A program made the position numbers and the translations under genes. Positions 50,933 through 63,613 of a stretch of DNA of 64,000 bases are shown here, piece after piece (the stretch's first letter is position 1; each line of letters begins with the position of its first letter). The DNA is taken from the NCBI GenBank assembly GCA_036172245.1, contig JAYWIR010000026.1:1550001-1614000 (forward strand), written 5' to 3'. Below the pieces are notes generated by a model. That model was not told the origin of the DNA. It was given only the letters and a program-made list of their open reading frames with translations, and did no database searches. Origin of the DNA: Raillietiella orientalis (lineage: Eukaryota).

Positions 50933-53900
50933 ATAAGAAAGGTGAAAAACAAAACAAAACAAACCAACAAAACTACAAATCATGATGTTTGCTGCTTTTA
51001 AGTTTGTAACACTTATAAAAACGTCATGTCAGAAGCTCACATAAACAAATGTTTAAGGCAATTTCCAAGTGTTAAAATCTTGCAGACATACTTGGTGCAT
51101 ACAGAGTGAACAATGCAATTACAAATAAGACTGGAAACTCACATGAAATCTGAAGTACAATGCTATTTTTTGTAAGACAAAATTATAAAAACATACAAAA
51201 AAGTCTCAACCACTTGTTTACAAACAAAACCAAAAGATTACAAGCATTCATAAAGTTTCAATTACTTCAATTAAATAAGTAATCGCTTGTTTTGCCGATG
51301 GTTTTGATATTCTAGTTTTACTATAACTGGTTCAAAAACATCAGATACGAAGATTTACACATCACAAACAACCAAAAGTGAAATTGAAAACAAAATTAAA
51401 CACAGCTTAAAAGTATTACACGAAGGAATCCTCAATGGCAAGCTCTTCTGTGCATGAACAGTAACCACAACCACGGAATAAACTATCAGCCATTACAACA
51501 AAAATAACAAACAATATCATAGCCAATATTCATGGATGCCCATCAAAGTTAGCCAATAAAAAATTTGTGTACCTGGCAAGTTTTTGACTAGGAAATGCCT
51601 GAAATTCAAAATGAATGTTGAAAAGTCAAACTGTGTATTCATTTTTTGATTATTTAAAAAGAATGAATAATTCTGCCAATTTTCACAAATCTTAGAGATT
51701 TGTGCACAAAACATAATTCTGCATTAACAAATTGCAAACCAAACACCTTGGACTATTATCAAGCAGCAGGTCACTGGAGCTCAAATTATTTTGAGGTGGA
51801 GCTATAGATGAATACAGCTGAAATTTCTGGTGAGGATTCCTACCTCTCAAGAATTCCAAATGCAAAACAAAGAACAAGTCAAAGTCAGTTACTCTCTAAA
51901 AGTTATTTTCTTCATTATCAATGAAACACATATACTACTACACAGTACTTATAGAGTTCCATTCAACAAAAAAAGGCTATTTCTACATGATATTGGTCAA
52001 TTTGCATCTGTAAACACATTAACATACAAGAAATCTCTCATCACTCTTGGAATTACAAAATGAAACAAAACAAGCACAAAGGAAAAAAAACGAAAATTTC
52101 ACATGCAAAACTTGTTCAAAGTATGCAATACATGCTCTGAGAGGTTTTAACAAAACAATAAAATTGTGCTCCAAAGCATGGTTAGAAAAATGCAAATAAA
52201 ACAAATCAGGCCATGGGTTGCAAGACTCAAGCATAAAAATGCATACCTAAAAGATACCATTTTTAGAAAACTATAATTTAAATCATGTCAATAAAGAAAA
52301 AATGACCATATGGGTACTTAAATAACATTATGCACTATATGCATAACTCACCTACACAACAGACATTTCCTTGAGTTGAACAACATAATATTTATACAGT
52401 TTTGCTGTGTACTTTACAAATTTGGCCAAGGGTGCCATTCTCCAACTTTCACACCAGTTATTAAAATTCAATGAGCATGGAAGATAGACTGTGAATATGA
52501 GTACTTACATTCATTGAAACCAAACAGTCAACTGAAATAACTTTCATCCACATTTGATAAAACTACAATGATTAGAATTGAAATGGGATCAAACCTTCAG
52601 TACCCTTGAAAAATAGTTCAGAAAACTGATAATACATTTGAGGACCAATTCTATCATGCATGTATGCAATTTACAAAAATACCTAAATTCAAAACTAATA
52701 AAAGAATGATTATCTAGTTCATTTGAGCAAACATTCTACTGAGTAGAATCACTATCTCCAAGCGTATATTCAAATTCACTTGAAATAAATGCAGAAATCT
52801 AAGAGTTAAATCCCCAAATACCCTTCATGAAAAGTAAAAAACAAAGAGATTTACCCTCAGATTTGTAATAATTTGTAATTCACAATGAATACCTTAACAT
52901 CTTGCATCCAACCACATTCTTACAATTTATCAAAACTTATGCTGTTACTTATTGCTCCTGATTTATGCTTCAATTGAGTTAACATATCTTCTACACAAAC
53001 TGCTGAATTTTTTACAATAATATTACTTGAATGTTCTGAATTCTGAAACCATCGCTAGTACTAATTTTGAAAGAAATCTATGTAAAATGTGGGCTAAGTC
53101 ACTACTTGCTGATTGGACAACCATCATTACCAATGAAAATCCTTCAAGATTCTTTCTTTAAGAGTTTTTTGAAATTTCTTCATGATTACAACTGTAAAAC
53201 ACATTTTGCTCAAAATGATGTCATGATAATCTCTGCGAATACCAATCATAACGTGCTGTAAAACAAAGACCCCCCAAAGGTCTTTAGCTGACAAAACTTG
53301 AAAACAAATGAATGCATACGTGAATGCTGCTACAAACATTGGTGAATACTGTTTAAGTGGATTTGTTACCTACTGATTTATGCAATGCAGTATGCACAAC
53401 AGTATTACGGATTTAAGACAGGGTGATTTTCAAAACCCCTTTAAGTGGACAAAGTTGATAACAACCTGAATTCCATGAACACGAAATTTTGATGAACACA
53501 TACAAAGAAATACCATCTGTTTAAATAACAAGCTAATTTCTGGATAGTTAATTGTAGTCTTCATTTCTCGGGGATGAAATTAATTCCAAAAAGCACATAA
53601 CTAACAGAATTCCCATTATATATGAGCAGAAAAAAATCAATTTATTTTGATCAAATCTTTACTGCTTTTAAAATAGTGCATATACTCCCAATTTCAATGT
53701 TCGTTACAAAAATATGAAATGCATATATAGAGCACCATGTGCACGTACTATTAGGCCGTGTCAAATGTCCTAATATAAGTCCATTCCTTTATCATATAAA
53801 CTCCAATATTCACTTTATTTACTATTTAACAATATATTAATGCTAATGCATTCTATGGTACATTAAGTTTAACATCAAAAACAAAAAGAAAAGAAAAACA

Positions 53901-56519
53901 AAACCCTATGACCAACGGCAGAAACTTGGAAGTTCAGTAATCCATATAGTTTACCTGCTCAATACTTTGCAAGCGTAACCTAGATAATGTGCACACTGTT
54001 ACACTGATCATGACTGAAATTTTATCTCGAAGTTCTCAAATCCAATAAAAGAAAACAGTAGATAAATATTATATGTAATTGGCCAACTTTCGGCCAAGAA
54101 TTGAAAAGCAAACCTTTGAGGAGTCAAAGCCTGAAAACTTTTATAAGGTAAACTTAAAATTCCAGCACTTGTACGAAAGCACATCACACCAGAGCTACCA
54201 ACTCTGCATAAAAAACATGGCATACACAAACATATTCTATCGTAGACATATTCCATCTTTGCTTCGTTTTCACCTTCCAGATTTCAAATCTACTGCATTG
54301 GAATGGATTTCTCTCATGACGTATCTGTTATCCAAACCACATCTGCTTCTAAATCCAGAAACATCTCTTCAATATTACTGATTTTTTATGACTTTTTCTC
54401 AAACTAATTTACTTAATTTATAATAGTTTTCTTGAATTGAAAAGGTTAAGCAGATATTTTTTTCTGATTTTTCTGCCAACTAATAAATATGCACTCCTAA
54501 TGCTTGTGAAATGAGAATTAATGCACTACTTTTCCATCAAATTAGTGCCCTGCTTACAGCAATGACGAACAAGAGATGGACTAAATAAAAGTGATTTACT
54601 GAACCAAATAGTAAACTAAATAATTGGTGATTCTAGTGATTAGTGGAGCCGAATAACCCTTGTAAATATTCATAATGACCAACAACAGATGCATAAAATA
54701 AACAGAAGCTTCGCCAAATATTTATGATGTATTTCGTGAGTTCTATTGGAAGTCTCTGAATAAAGACTTCAATTTAATAATACTAAATGTGGTTTCAGAA
54801 ACCTGATAACTACGAAGAACATCAGCATAATATTAGGATTTAAAAGAATAATCCACATAATGCATAAATATCAATAATCCATAATGATTATGATTACGAA
54901 CCTCAAGAAGCTTGAGCTACTGTCGTTTCTCATATCTTCAAATTGTCGCAGATCTAAAATTGGACTTCAAAATAGAAGAATATTTTCAAAAGGAGTTTCG
55001 AAATTGAAATGTAAAGTCCTTTTTTAATTCTTAACAATTGAAATGAATCTCAGCAGAAAGGTTTATTAATCTTTTTTCTATTATGAAAACATCGAGTCTG
55101 CCCTTTGCATCTCAAACATAACTAGAAGATATGTATTCTAGAACAACTAAAAATCCAAGAAAAGAGTTAGCTGCTTATATTCTAGAGAAAAACAAAAGCT
55201 CCCAAAAATGAGAAAGTGAATTTATTTTGACTGGACAAGGATCGTTTCTAAGATTCGAATATTTTCATGTATAGAGGAGAATCGCGACGAAGGAATACAT
55301 CGAAAGCTATCGGTATTTGTATTTGTATCCTTAGAATCGAATGCCCCTGAGATTTAAGCAATTCCTCTATCTAAGTAAGTCAGTCACGCTGTACTGAAAG
55401 GAAAAGCATCAATTTGTACACCTGGAATCTCCTGCATCAGGAACACTCTCGTGAACATCTCAGTTTATATTCTTGACAAAGTTCGTATTGAGCTCGCCAC
55501 CTTGCTTCTTACTCAACACTCCACGTGTTGTACAGCATCCCTTAATGACAAAAACATAGTGTAAGATTCGAGAAAAGGCACATAATTCAGGGGTCAGTAA
55601 GCGATCCCAAATGACGACCATACAAGCATAAAATAAGCAGAAGAAGCAAAACGAGCAGGTGACATTAGGTAAAAGATGGATAATGAATTCCTTGTTTTCT
55701 GTTCTTCAAAATGCGCGTGTTTTTCTTCAGATCACATTCAAGTTCATCTTGAAAGAGGAATAAAAGAACTGATAATATACCCCGATGGTTCCGGATCAAA
55801 GTTTTCACTCAAGAGGAAGTGCTTCCACGTGGCAACTAAACAGACTGATATGAGAAGAGAACTAAACATCGACGATCACCTCAAAAATGAGAAATGTTTT
55901 TGTGCGAAATTAATGAGGCGCATCTCAGATCGAGAAATCGTGCGCACTTCATGGATGATGTTTATCCATCATCAACTTTCAAAAAGCCAAAAACATGGAC
56001 GAGGACAGCTGCAAAAGAAGCATGGCTTGCCGAACTTCTTTCTCTTGAACGTTCTGGAATAAACTTCATTCTTTAATCTGGAAGAAACACAAGTCATCTG
56101 CGAGAGTGAAGAGGCGAAAGCACAAACACTCCGCGCTGACCGTCAGTCAAGACCGATGCCACATGCAGTAGCCGATATTCATGATGGGACTTGAACTCTT
56201 GAGATCACGGGCATTGAATAATTAGTCTCTCGATCGATAGCGATGAACGAAGGGTAGTTGTTCTGGCTACATTAAAATTCCTTTAGTGCTGCTTGTGACC
56301 CTCATACTTCTTAAGAGGCAAATCCTTCCATAAATATAAAGCCATCCTTCATTTGAAAGGTTCAAAGAACTCTGCTCCTCAGGTAGTAGCTCATGGTGAC
56401 TCGCTCCGATACCCGTTTGGTTGTGATCCTTGATTTTTCAGAATGGTTCCCCATTTCTCAGCCACCTGAGCTTCTAAGCTGCTTGCCATGCAAAGACTGG
56501 ATTGCGTCAACACGCCATT

Positions 56520-57040
56520 TTCCTTGGAAGCTCAGCTCACCCAGGGCTTATGATCTATTACAAGCTCCCGATTGAAGACGTGGACGCTACAGTTTATTCA
56601 TCCAATTATCTGTTTTAAACTCACAAGAGGGTCCATATTCTCACCTAAATATGGAAACTCTTGGACATGTGGAGCCAATGACGGTTTGCCAATTTCTAAA
56701 ATGTTTCCAAGGTATCAAACAGTTCTTCACTCCCGATATTACTTTGAGGTAGCTTCCTTCCTAAGGTTCCATTAAGTAAATTGATGTAAGGTAAATGGAA
56801 GTTGATGATGATGTCGAGCACTCTTCGTCCTGGGATGGACATGAGGTTTTGCACATAGTGCCTCGCGGTGTTTCCCCTGATGTTCCTCATCAAGGACAGC
56901 ATCCCTCGTTTCTAAAAGGAAATGCACATATAAGTTGCCACGCAAGGAGGCAAAAAGATGACGACAGAAGCAAGAAGATGCCTATCGTTGAATTCTTGAA
57001 CTCACGGAGTGAGGAAGCAGTTAAGATGTGCAGCGGACCG
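56520..57040 (+). mobile_element. Decayed Ty3/Gypsy-like reverse transcriptase remnant
   Basis: Ordered fragments LTQG..KTWTLQFIHP..FKLTR, VDDDVEHSSSWDGH, SFLKGNAHIS and KKMPIVEFLNSRSEEAVKMCSG parallel the Gypsy RT motifs DLxxGY..KTAFxTP, YxDDxxxxSxSWxEH, FLGHxIS and KVxAIxEFPxPxSxxxVRSFLG. Confidence 0.5.
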
Positions 57041-60000
57041 CGCATTTTCAAAAGCTGCTGCATCTTTCCCCACGCTACAACTCGACCCTCGGTTTGGCAG
57101 CATTCGTGAACTTTCTGGAGCTTTCATTGCTGCGCGTTTCTGAGCATCGTTGATCGTCACCAGCATACTCTGAGAGCACTTGTGCAAAGAAGGATCTCAA
57201 AAGTCTTAAGATGATTTTTTTCCGGAGTTCCTTTCGGAATGTCCCTTTCAGAACTGTCAATGGTATCCGTTGTTCTGGAAATCTCAGAAACTGCGCACCC
57301 ATCCTTTCGTAGTCTCGTTTCCTATCAGAATAATTCCGTGGATCGGAGATTTATCCCATCTTGTATTCTGTGGAATCCTGGGTGAGGAGGAAGTTTCAGG
57401 AACCTTATCAGTCATCCATCCAGGGACCCTGCTCGTTCCTCCCGCTCGTGAGAAGTTACTAGAATGAAGTTTAGAGAGGAGGAAGGTAACGGCATTCGTT
57501 CCTCTCTGCTAATGGAACTGCACGGCTGCATACATTGGATGGCTCCCGGCTCAAGCATAGTTGCCCTAAAGTTATTAATCAGTATGTGATCCTCGGGGAA
57601 TAACTTCAAGAGAACCTACTCAGTCATGCTGCAGCAGATGGAGGCGATGCCCGTTGTTCGTTCCTCGAAGGACATCTGACATTCGGAAGGGTACATTCAG
57701 CGCGCGTATCTTTCGAACAGAAATTCGCAGCGGAAAACCCACAGAAAAGCGATCGAGAACACTCACGGCCACAATAATCCTTCTGGAGTTTTCCTTCTTT
57801 TCGAGGAACTTCCAGCCTGCAACCACTCAACTTACCTCGATCCTGAGAGGAAGTTGCGACACAGCTGACCGGCACACGGGCATTCAACAGCAAAAGGAAA
57901 ACTGACAGCACTCCGAGATCCGCACATCTGCCAGTCATTGCTTCGCTGAGAAAGTTGGTTCACATGCTGAGAGCAACTCGCTATTCTCTATTTATACTAA
58001 CGATAAATCAATCCTCTGACGATCTCTGAAGGGGATCAAGAGACTAGCTAAACCTAAGTGGTCGTTAATAGTTTCTTTCGCAGTTCACCTCTAATACGTA
58101 CGCTGGGCTATGAAAGAATCACTGCTCATCAAATGGTAGCAGAAAGGGTTCCGCTCGAGCGCTATCCATCTCAGTTCGATTTCCAGTATATCCAGTGAAT
58201 TCACGAGTATCCAGTGCATTGCCTCTGTTATGGTATCCAAGTCAATAAGGCGCTGCTCATCACCATTAAGCATGGATGATGTCAGCGAGCCTTGTAGAAA
58301 CGCGCTGTTCCTGCGATTACTTCCTGCTTCTTCCTCCCTTCCTTCTTATTCCTTCTTCTGCTTAACGCCTACTTCCTGCGATTCGAGGTTGAGCAACTCA
58401 GCACCAGAGAAAGCACCCTTCTCTGTCTCTTTTGTGGCCGACGCAGATTCACAGAAATATCATTTTGAGTACTGCGAGGTCGGTCCCTATTTATTTATTC
58501 ATTTATTTGCCTTTCTCCATCTCCCTCCATTCCTTCCTGCTCCTGTGCCAAGTGAAGGTACCCGGTACCTTTGGGCTAGGGACGACACTGGTAGGTATCC
58601 AACCGTATTTATTCTTCTTCGTTCACGTTAAGTAAACGCCGAGTGCAATCCTGTATGAGAAGGAAACCACGGCAGAGCTAGAAAGGTCATCATCACCACA
58701 ATTAGCAGCAGAATGCAGCACGCGTCACCCTTTTCAGACCCACCCCACAGCAGGACGATTCCTGACACTTTAGCCCTCACCAGCTTGCGAACGAGGACAT
58801 GCACTTGCCAGAATCATCATCATAGGCACACAGTCATCGTGCGGTCAAGAGTCGGCATGCGTCGGCAAGCTTTCCGGGGCGCGAATCGGACACATTTTCA
58901 TGCGTGCAGATGTACCCACGGCATACAGAGAGCTGGAAAGAAAAAAACACGCATCCATGCTCACGTCACGAGAACGAGAACGTATGCCTCTTCTCCTGCA
59001 GCAGCTGATCTGACCATCATCTCTCCATTATAGTGATGATGATTCGTTCACGGAGGTTTTCCCACGCAGTTTTCTGATCGGAAACCCCAAAGAGTCAGCT
59101 GCTGGTTTCCATCAGAAGCCAAACCCGCGAGCAGCGCTGAGGTGAAGACCAAGAGAGGAGATGGCAGTGGCGTTTTCCTTGGTCCAAGTTCCCGCCTATC
59201 AGAACTGTTGTGAGGAAACATCTGGCTTTCCACGTGGCACACGTATTGAGTGCGGAAGGGGGAGGGTAGAAGCACACTGGCAGAACGCTAAGGTCCTCCT
59301 GCTAATCAGTTGTCCACTGGTGCATCTCCCGCTTTGGTTCGAAGTGCGGTGATTCCTTCCTTCTTTGCACCTTGGCTCGTGAGGGAGTGACCACGGAACA
59401 TCATCAGCATGTGAGGCGGCGTCGGCGAGTCTCGAGATGGAGCCCGTGGTCTGTAGGTGGCGAGATCAACAGATCGTTTTCAGGTCTTTTTGTTTTCCGC
59501 TTGCTCAGCAAACTGCATCGTCCCCCTCGAAACCGCGCGACCACCGCTCGGAGCTGGTCGAGCAGACTACCGATCAATCGCTCGCTCGATCAGTCGCTGC
59601 GATTTCCTTCTCGGCAAGGTCTGGCTCGGAGAAACTGGTCCGAAGCGTTGGTGAAGAATTCCTTCAGAAGTAGTTAACTGGATACCATGAGCAAAAAAGG
59701 GGCACTCTTGCCCTCTCTCCGGACGCTCCGCACACATCCTGGACACCCTGACTTTCGAACGAAAACTCGATACCCAGCCTCGGAATCCATGCAGGTACAC
59801 GGCTGCCATCCCGCTCTCCTAGCCGCCTGCTTCAGGCGCGATGCTTCGGCCTGCTTCCCAGTGTATCCAGGGAGAAGGCCTCTCCCGTTTCAGGTTCGCC
59901 GCAGTGCCGCGAAGTCCGAAAGAACCACCGTTAGCCGCCTTCAAAGTTTCCACGAGCACGCCACCGAGAAGTGGACGGAGCGGGAAGGAGCATCGAGAGG

Positions 60001-60490
60001 GGAGTGGCGACGAGAAAAAAAAAAAGGAAAAGAAAAGAAACGCATGATTAAATGGTACACTATTCCTTGCTGCGAGTTCGACTACAGCTGCGGGAGCACA
60101 GATGATGCTACCGTGCTGATGCTGGAGAGTGTCCAAGAAGAGTTTGCCATCTGAGCGTCTTTTCCCCCGTAACCACGACGAGGCCGGTTCCACCAATTCG
60201 CTTCGAGCACCTCCACGAATTTGGGATGACTAGACCTGGTTAAGTGGCACAGTCAGCTTCTCTGGAGACATCCTCTCCTCCCTCTGGAGGAAACGTGAGC
60301 CCGTTTGTCCCATAGTGAGCCCCTCGACGGTGGCCAAAAACGGTACTTACAGGAAAGAGGAGGAGGAGTGGTCGAAGCCTGCGTTCCAGAGCAGCGTGTT
60401 AAGCGCCGTTCCTTTTCCAGCGACAGAACCCAGCACTCACCCATGTCCCGCAGGCCCCATGCCCATTGTGCATTGCAGAACACCAGCCCG

Positions 60491-60515
60491 GAACAGAACA
60501 CTAAGTGTTCTGTTC
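60491..60515. repeat. Near-perfect palindrome, 12-bp arms
   Basis: GAACAGAACACT-A-AGTGTTCTGTTC. Confidence 0.9.
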
Positions 60516-62735
60516 TCTTTCCGCAGGCCAACTCAAGTACCTAATTAACTGTAACCTAACTCATGCTCCTCGATCCCCACCAAACCCACTTAACCCAATT
60601 TTCACCTGACCTTTTGTTCCGCCTCGACCTACGCTACCCCATCCCGATCCAATCTGTGCTCGAATCCAAGCAGGTGATGCTGGGGGGTCTCAGCATTGCA
60701 AGAATTCATTCATTCCGGTCATCCGTTCTTCATAGAGGAGCAAGGAGGTAGAGAGTGAAGCGAGGAGTCTGACCACCCCGGTTGGCTGTCCAATGACCGT
60801 GGTCTCCTTCCGGGAGCACCGACGACAGACGACTTCTCGACGCGGACCGACTGCATCACGACGGCTTTGCCTCCCCCCCCAACTCCCCTTCCAGGGGCGT
60901 GAAACATCTGAGATGACCGCAGGCTCAGCTTTCTGCGTGCCTGCGGCGAGCCGAAACAGGGTAAGATGTCGGCCAGGCGGAAGGATTCGTCGGTCTGGGA
61001 TCGATGGCCCTGTGATACAGCCTTTGCCACAGAGTAGCAAGGACACGTTCCTTCCTTCCTGCGAAATAACAGAACATGCAGCAACCACATTGCCCCTCCC
61101 CTCCCGTAAACAGAGTCCATCCGACCTGGCTTCGAAAAAGCACTCAACTTCCAGCCTAGGGGAGACCACCTACACGATCTATCTATCATCACGGCGTCGA
61201 TCCTTTTCCTTCCAGGACCCAGCGAGCTTTGGCTCCTCGTAAACGCTGGATCGGCCCCCGCATGTTGAAAACGGCGCCCTCTGTAAGGCGAAAGAGAAGG
61301 GTTCAACGGGACTCTCACCGAAGACCAAGTGACTATTGATAGGAAGGACAGGAGCTAAAGGTGGGCGGCAGAGGGGAAAAAGCCCCCACTAGGCGGGAGA
61401 GGGAACTCGAGACGTGTTTCGTAGCCTGAGAGGGAGGGAGAAGAGGTACAAAGTGTGCCAATACCGGCACGGCAAGAGTCCGGAACGGGAAAGCCGCTGC
61501 TCCTCTTCCGCAGAAGCCGACGTGGAAGAGTGGACGTGGGACCAGGGCGCCGAGCCGGCCGACGGGCAGGAAAGAACACCCTTCCTGAAAGGAAAGGAGA
61601 GTTTTCGGACCTCTAGTAACAGGGAAAAGAAAAAAAAAGGATTGAAAAATAGAGTTGGCGCTGGCAGTCGATTGGCTTGAAGAGTACCCGGCCCCGAGGC
61701 AGCGACAGCTGGCGATCACCTTCGGTAGTGGAAGTGAGGCTGTCTGACCCTTTCCCCGCGGTCGCCCCTTCGCCACCACCTCTGAGAGCTCCGATCCGCT
61801 TGTCCTGTTTCTCATCCTCGGAGATCCATCAGCACCACCGGCCATTAGAGACCTTCACGAAACGGGACGCACCCCAAAAGAGCATCCCCGCGGTCCAGAG
61901 AAGATCCGTCGCTGGGAGGCTGCGTGCGCGATCGTCGGGGAAGGAGGTGATCTTCCCTTTTTTCAAAGAGGAGAAGAGGTCGGCGACGGAGGGTCCTCTC
62001 TAGGCTCTTCGCCTCCGCACTCGTGCAGTCCGACGGAGGCGGAAAAGGGTGGACGCCCCCCTTGCCCTACTCTTCCACTTCCTGGAATGGCATGAGTGAC
62101 TTCCGGTCCCGGTCCATTCCGCCTGAGGGAAGGAAGGGGAACTGACGGTCTGAAAAGCCTCCAGGGTCTGCAGCCACAAGACCTAGGAGGATCCGGGCAC
62201 CTGCGGGAGCGCGATGTTCTGATGGCGAGCACTCCAGAGAAGAGGCAGGAAAGACTCCAAAGCAGCTACAGCCGGAGTCTCGTCGACCTTGCCCCCCATC
62301 CACCCCCTTCCTTCTCTTCTTCCAGAACGAGAGAGGAAAACAGGGAAGACCCCGGGAAAGACAGGGAAGGGTAGACTGCAGAAGGGAACCCCCAGCCATT
62401 CGAAAGATCACTGAAAGAAAAGATGGAAGAAGAAAAGGAAAGGAAAACATTAACCTTCCTTCGAGCCTGCTAGATGAAAAGATTCCGTTCTTTCTTCCGC
62501 TTTTTGTTTTTGTTTTTTTATTCTCGCTGAAACCAGGGCCTGCACGCTCGACAAGGGATAGTGCGGAAGGTCGCCGCCGCCGCCGCCGCCGCTGCCATCG
62601 TTGCTCTTCCAGTGTTTCAAAGGCACGCTGCTTTCCGGAATCACCTTCTTCCCAAAAAGCTTCCCTACCCTGGAAGAAAGGAAGGAGTGCACGTTCCCGG
62701 TGTTTCCCTGAGGACGACCACCCCCATCCTCCCCG

Positions 62736-63613
62736 TCACGCACCAAGCATCGGTATGCGGAAGCCCCTCAGCAGATTCTGGAGCTCAGCTAGCTGTGTGG
62801 TAAAGATGGTGGTCAGGTCGCTCAAGGACGGAAACCCTGCGTTCCCCAGGTTCATCAGGACGGTGTTGTTGCCGATCCTCCTGGTGATGGGGAAGCTGCG
62901 CTGCAGAGATTCCTGGTGGGAAGAACGAGAGGAACGGAAGGAGGGGCTCTTTTGATCGGAGTCGGGATCACGCAGACGTTCGAGACCGGGAGAGAACCGC
63001 TGCACGATTGGGTGCGCCGGTGGGGACGACCTGGCAGCGCGGTAGTCAGTTCATCGTCCTACCTTAGCTTCCGGTGGGTAGAGGTGAAGGAGGGAGGATC
63101 CAAATCCGATCCACGAGGAGCGCCCGTCATCGCGTGGGGTAAGTCACAAGGAGGAGGAATGAGAGAGGAACCGCATGCCCCCTCTCTTCTCTCGCTGGTT
63201 ATAGGGGAGGAGGGGACGAGGGGGAGGGAGGGAGTGGCTCTCCACAACGCATGCCGCGAGATCCATGGAGCTCTTGATGGGCTGCGGCGGGGGGTGGAAG
63301 CGGAGGAAAGAGGGAGAGCACACGAGCACGGACCCACCTTACCCTCGCCCTCCTTTGTGGAGGGCCCCTCATTCAGGAGTGCTTCCGGGGGAAGTTATTT
63401 TGGAAAGAGGGAACAAGCGGAAGCGGGAAGAGGTGAGGTAGTACATGCGCCTAGAGACGGGGGAAGAAATGGGCGTCTACTCCTTACCTCCTGATGCTGC
63501 TGCTGCTGCTGCTGCGGCCGCTCGCCAGAAGACTCGAGGACTCTTGCGGCGCTCAGGACCACGAGCGCCAGAAAGAGCAGCAGCGTCCGTCCAGCGGTGT
63601 TTCGGATAAGCAT
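62736..63613 (-). CDS. Predicted small secreted protein of unknown family, ~100 aa; complement join(63488..63613,62736..62912); 3' end uncertain
   Basis: Exon 1 encodes MLIRNTAGRTLLLFLALVVLSAARVLESSGERPQQQQQQHQE (hydrophobic signal-like core) and ends at GAG|GTAAGG in phase 0. Exon 2 follows a pyrimidine tract + CAG in phase 0 and encodes ESLQRSFPITRRIGNNTVLMNLGNAGFPSLSDLTTIFTTQLAELQNLLRGFRIPMLGA*. A possible donor G|GTGCGT at 62743 means the gene may continue. Confidence 0.7.
63496..63514 (-). repeat. (CAG)6 polyglutamine-coding repeat in exon 1 of the minus-strand gene
   Basis: Encodes QQQQQQ just before the splice donor. Confidence 0.8.

Larger units (their letters stand above)
49400..55600. 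other. AT-rich, CpG-poor compositional valley
   Basis: About 30-35% GC by eye versus about 60-70% in the flanks; + strand A-rich; gradual shoulders at about 45-49 kb and 55.6-59 kb. Confidence 0.9.

Noticed and set aside
55676..56062. 128-aa ORF with IIYPDGSGS..KHGRG reminiscent of DDE transposase motifs
   Set aside because: Motif spacing is about twice what I would expect and no TIRs are seen; insufficient without a profile search.
58555..58571. 8-bp-arm palindrome AAGGTACC-C-GGTACCTT
   Set aside because: Short enough to occur by chance.
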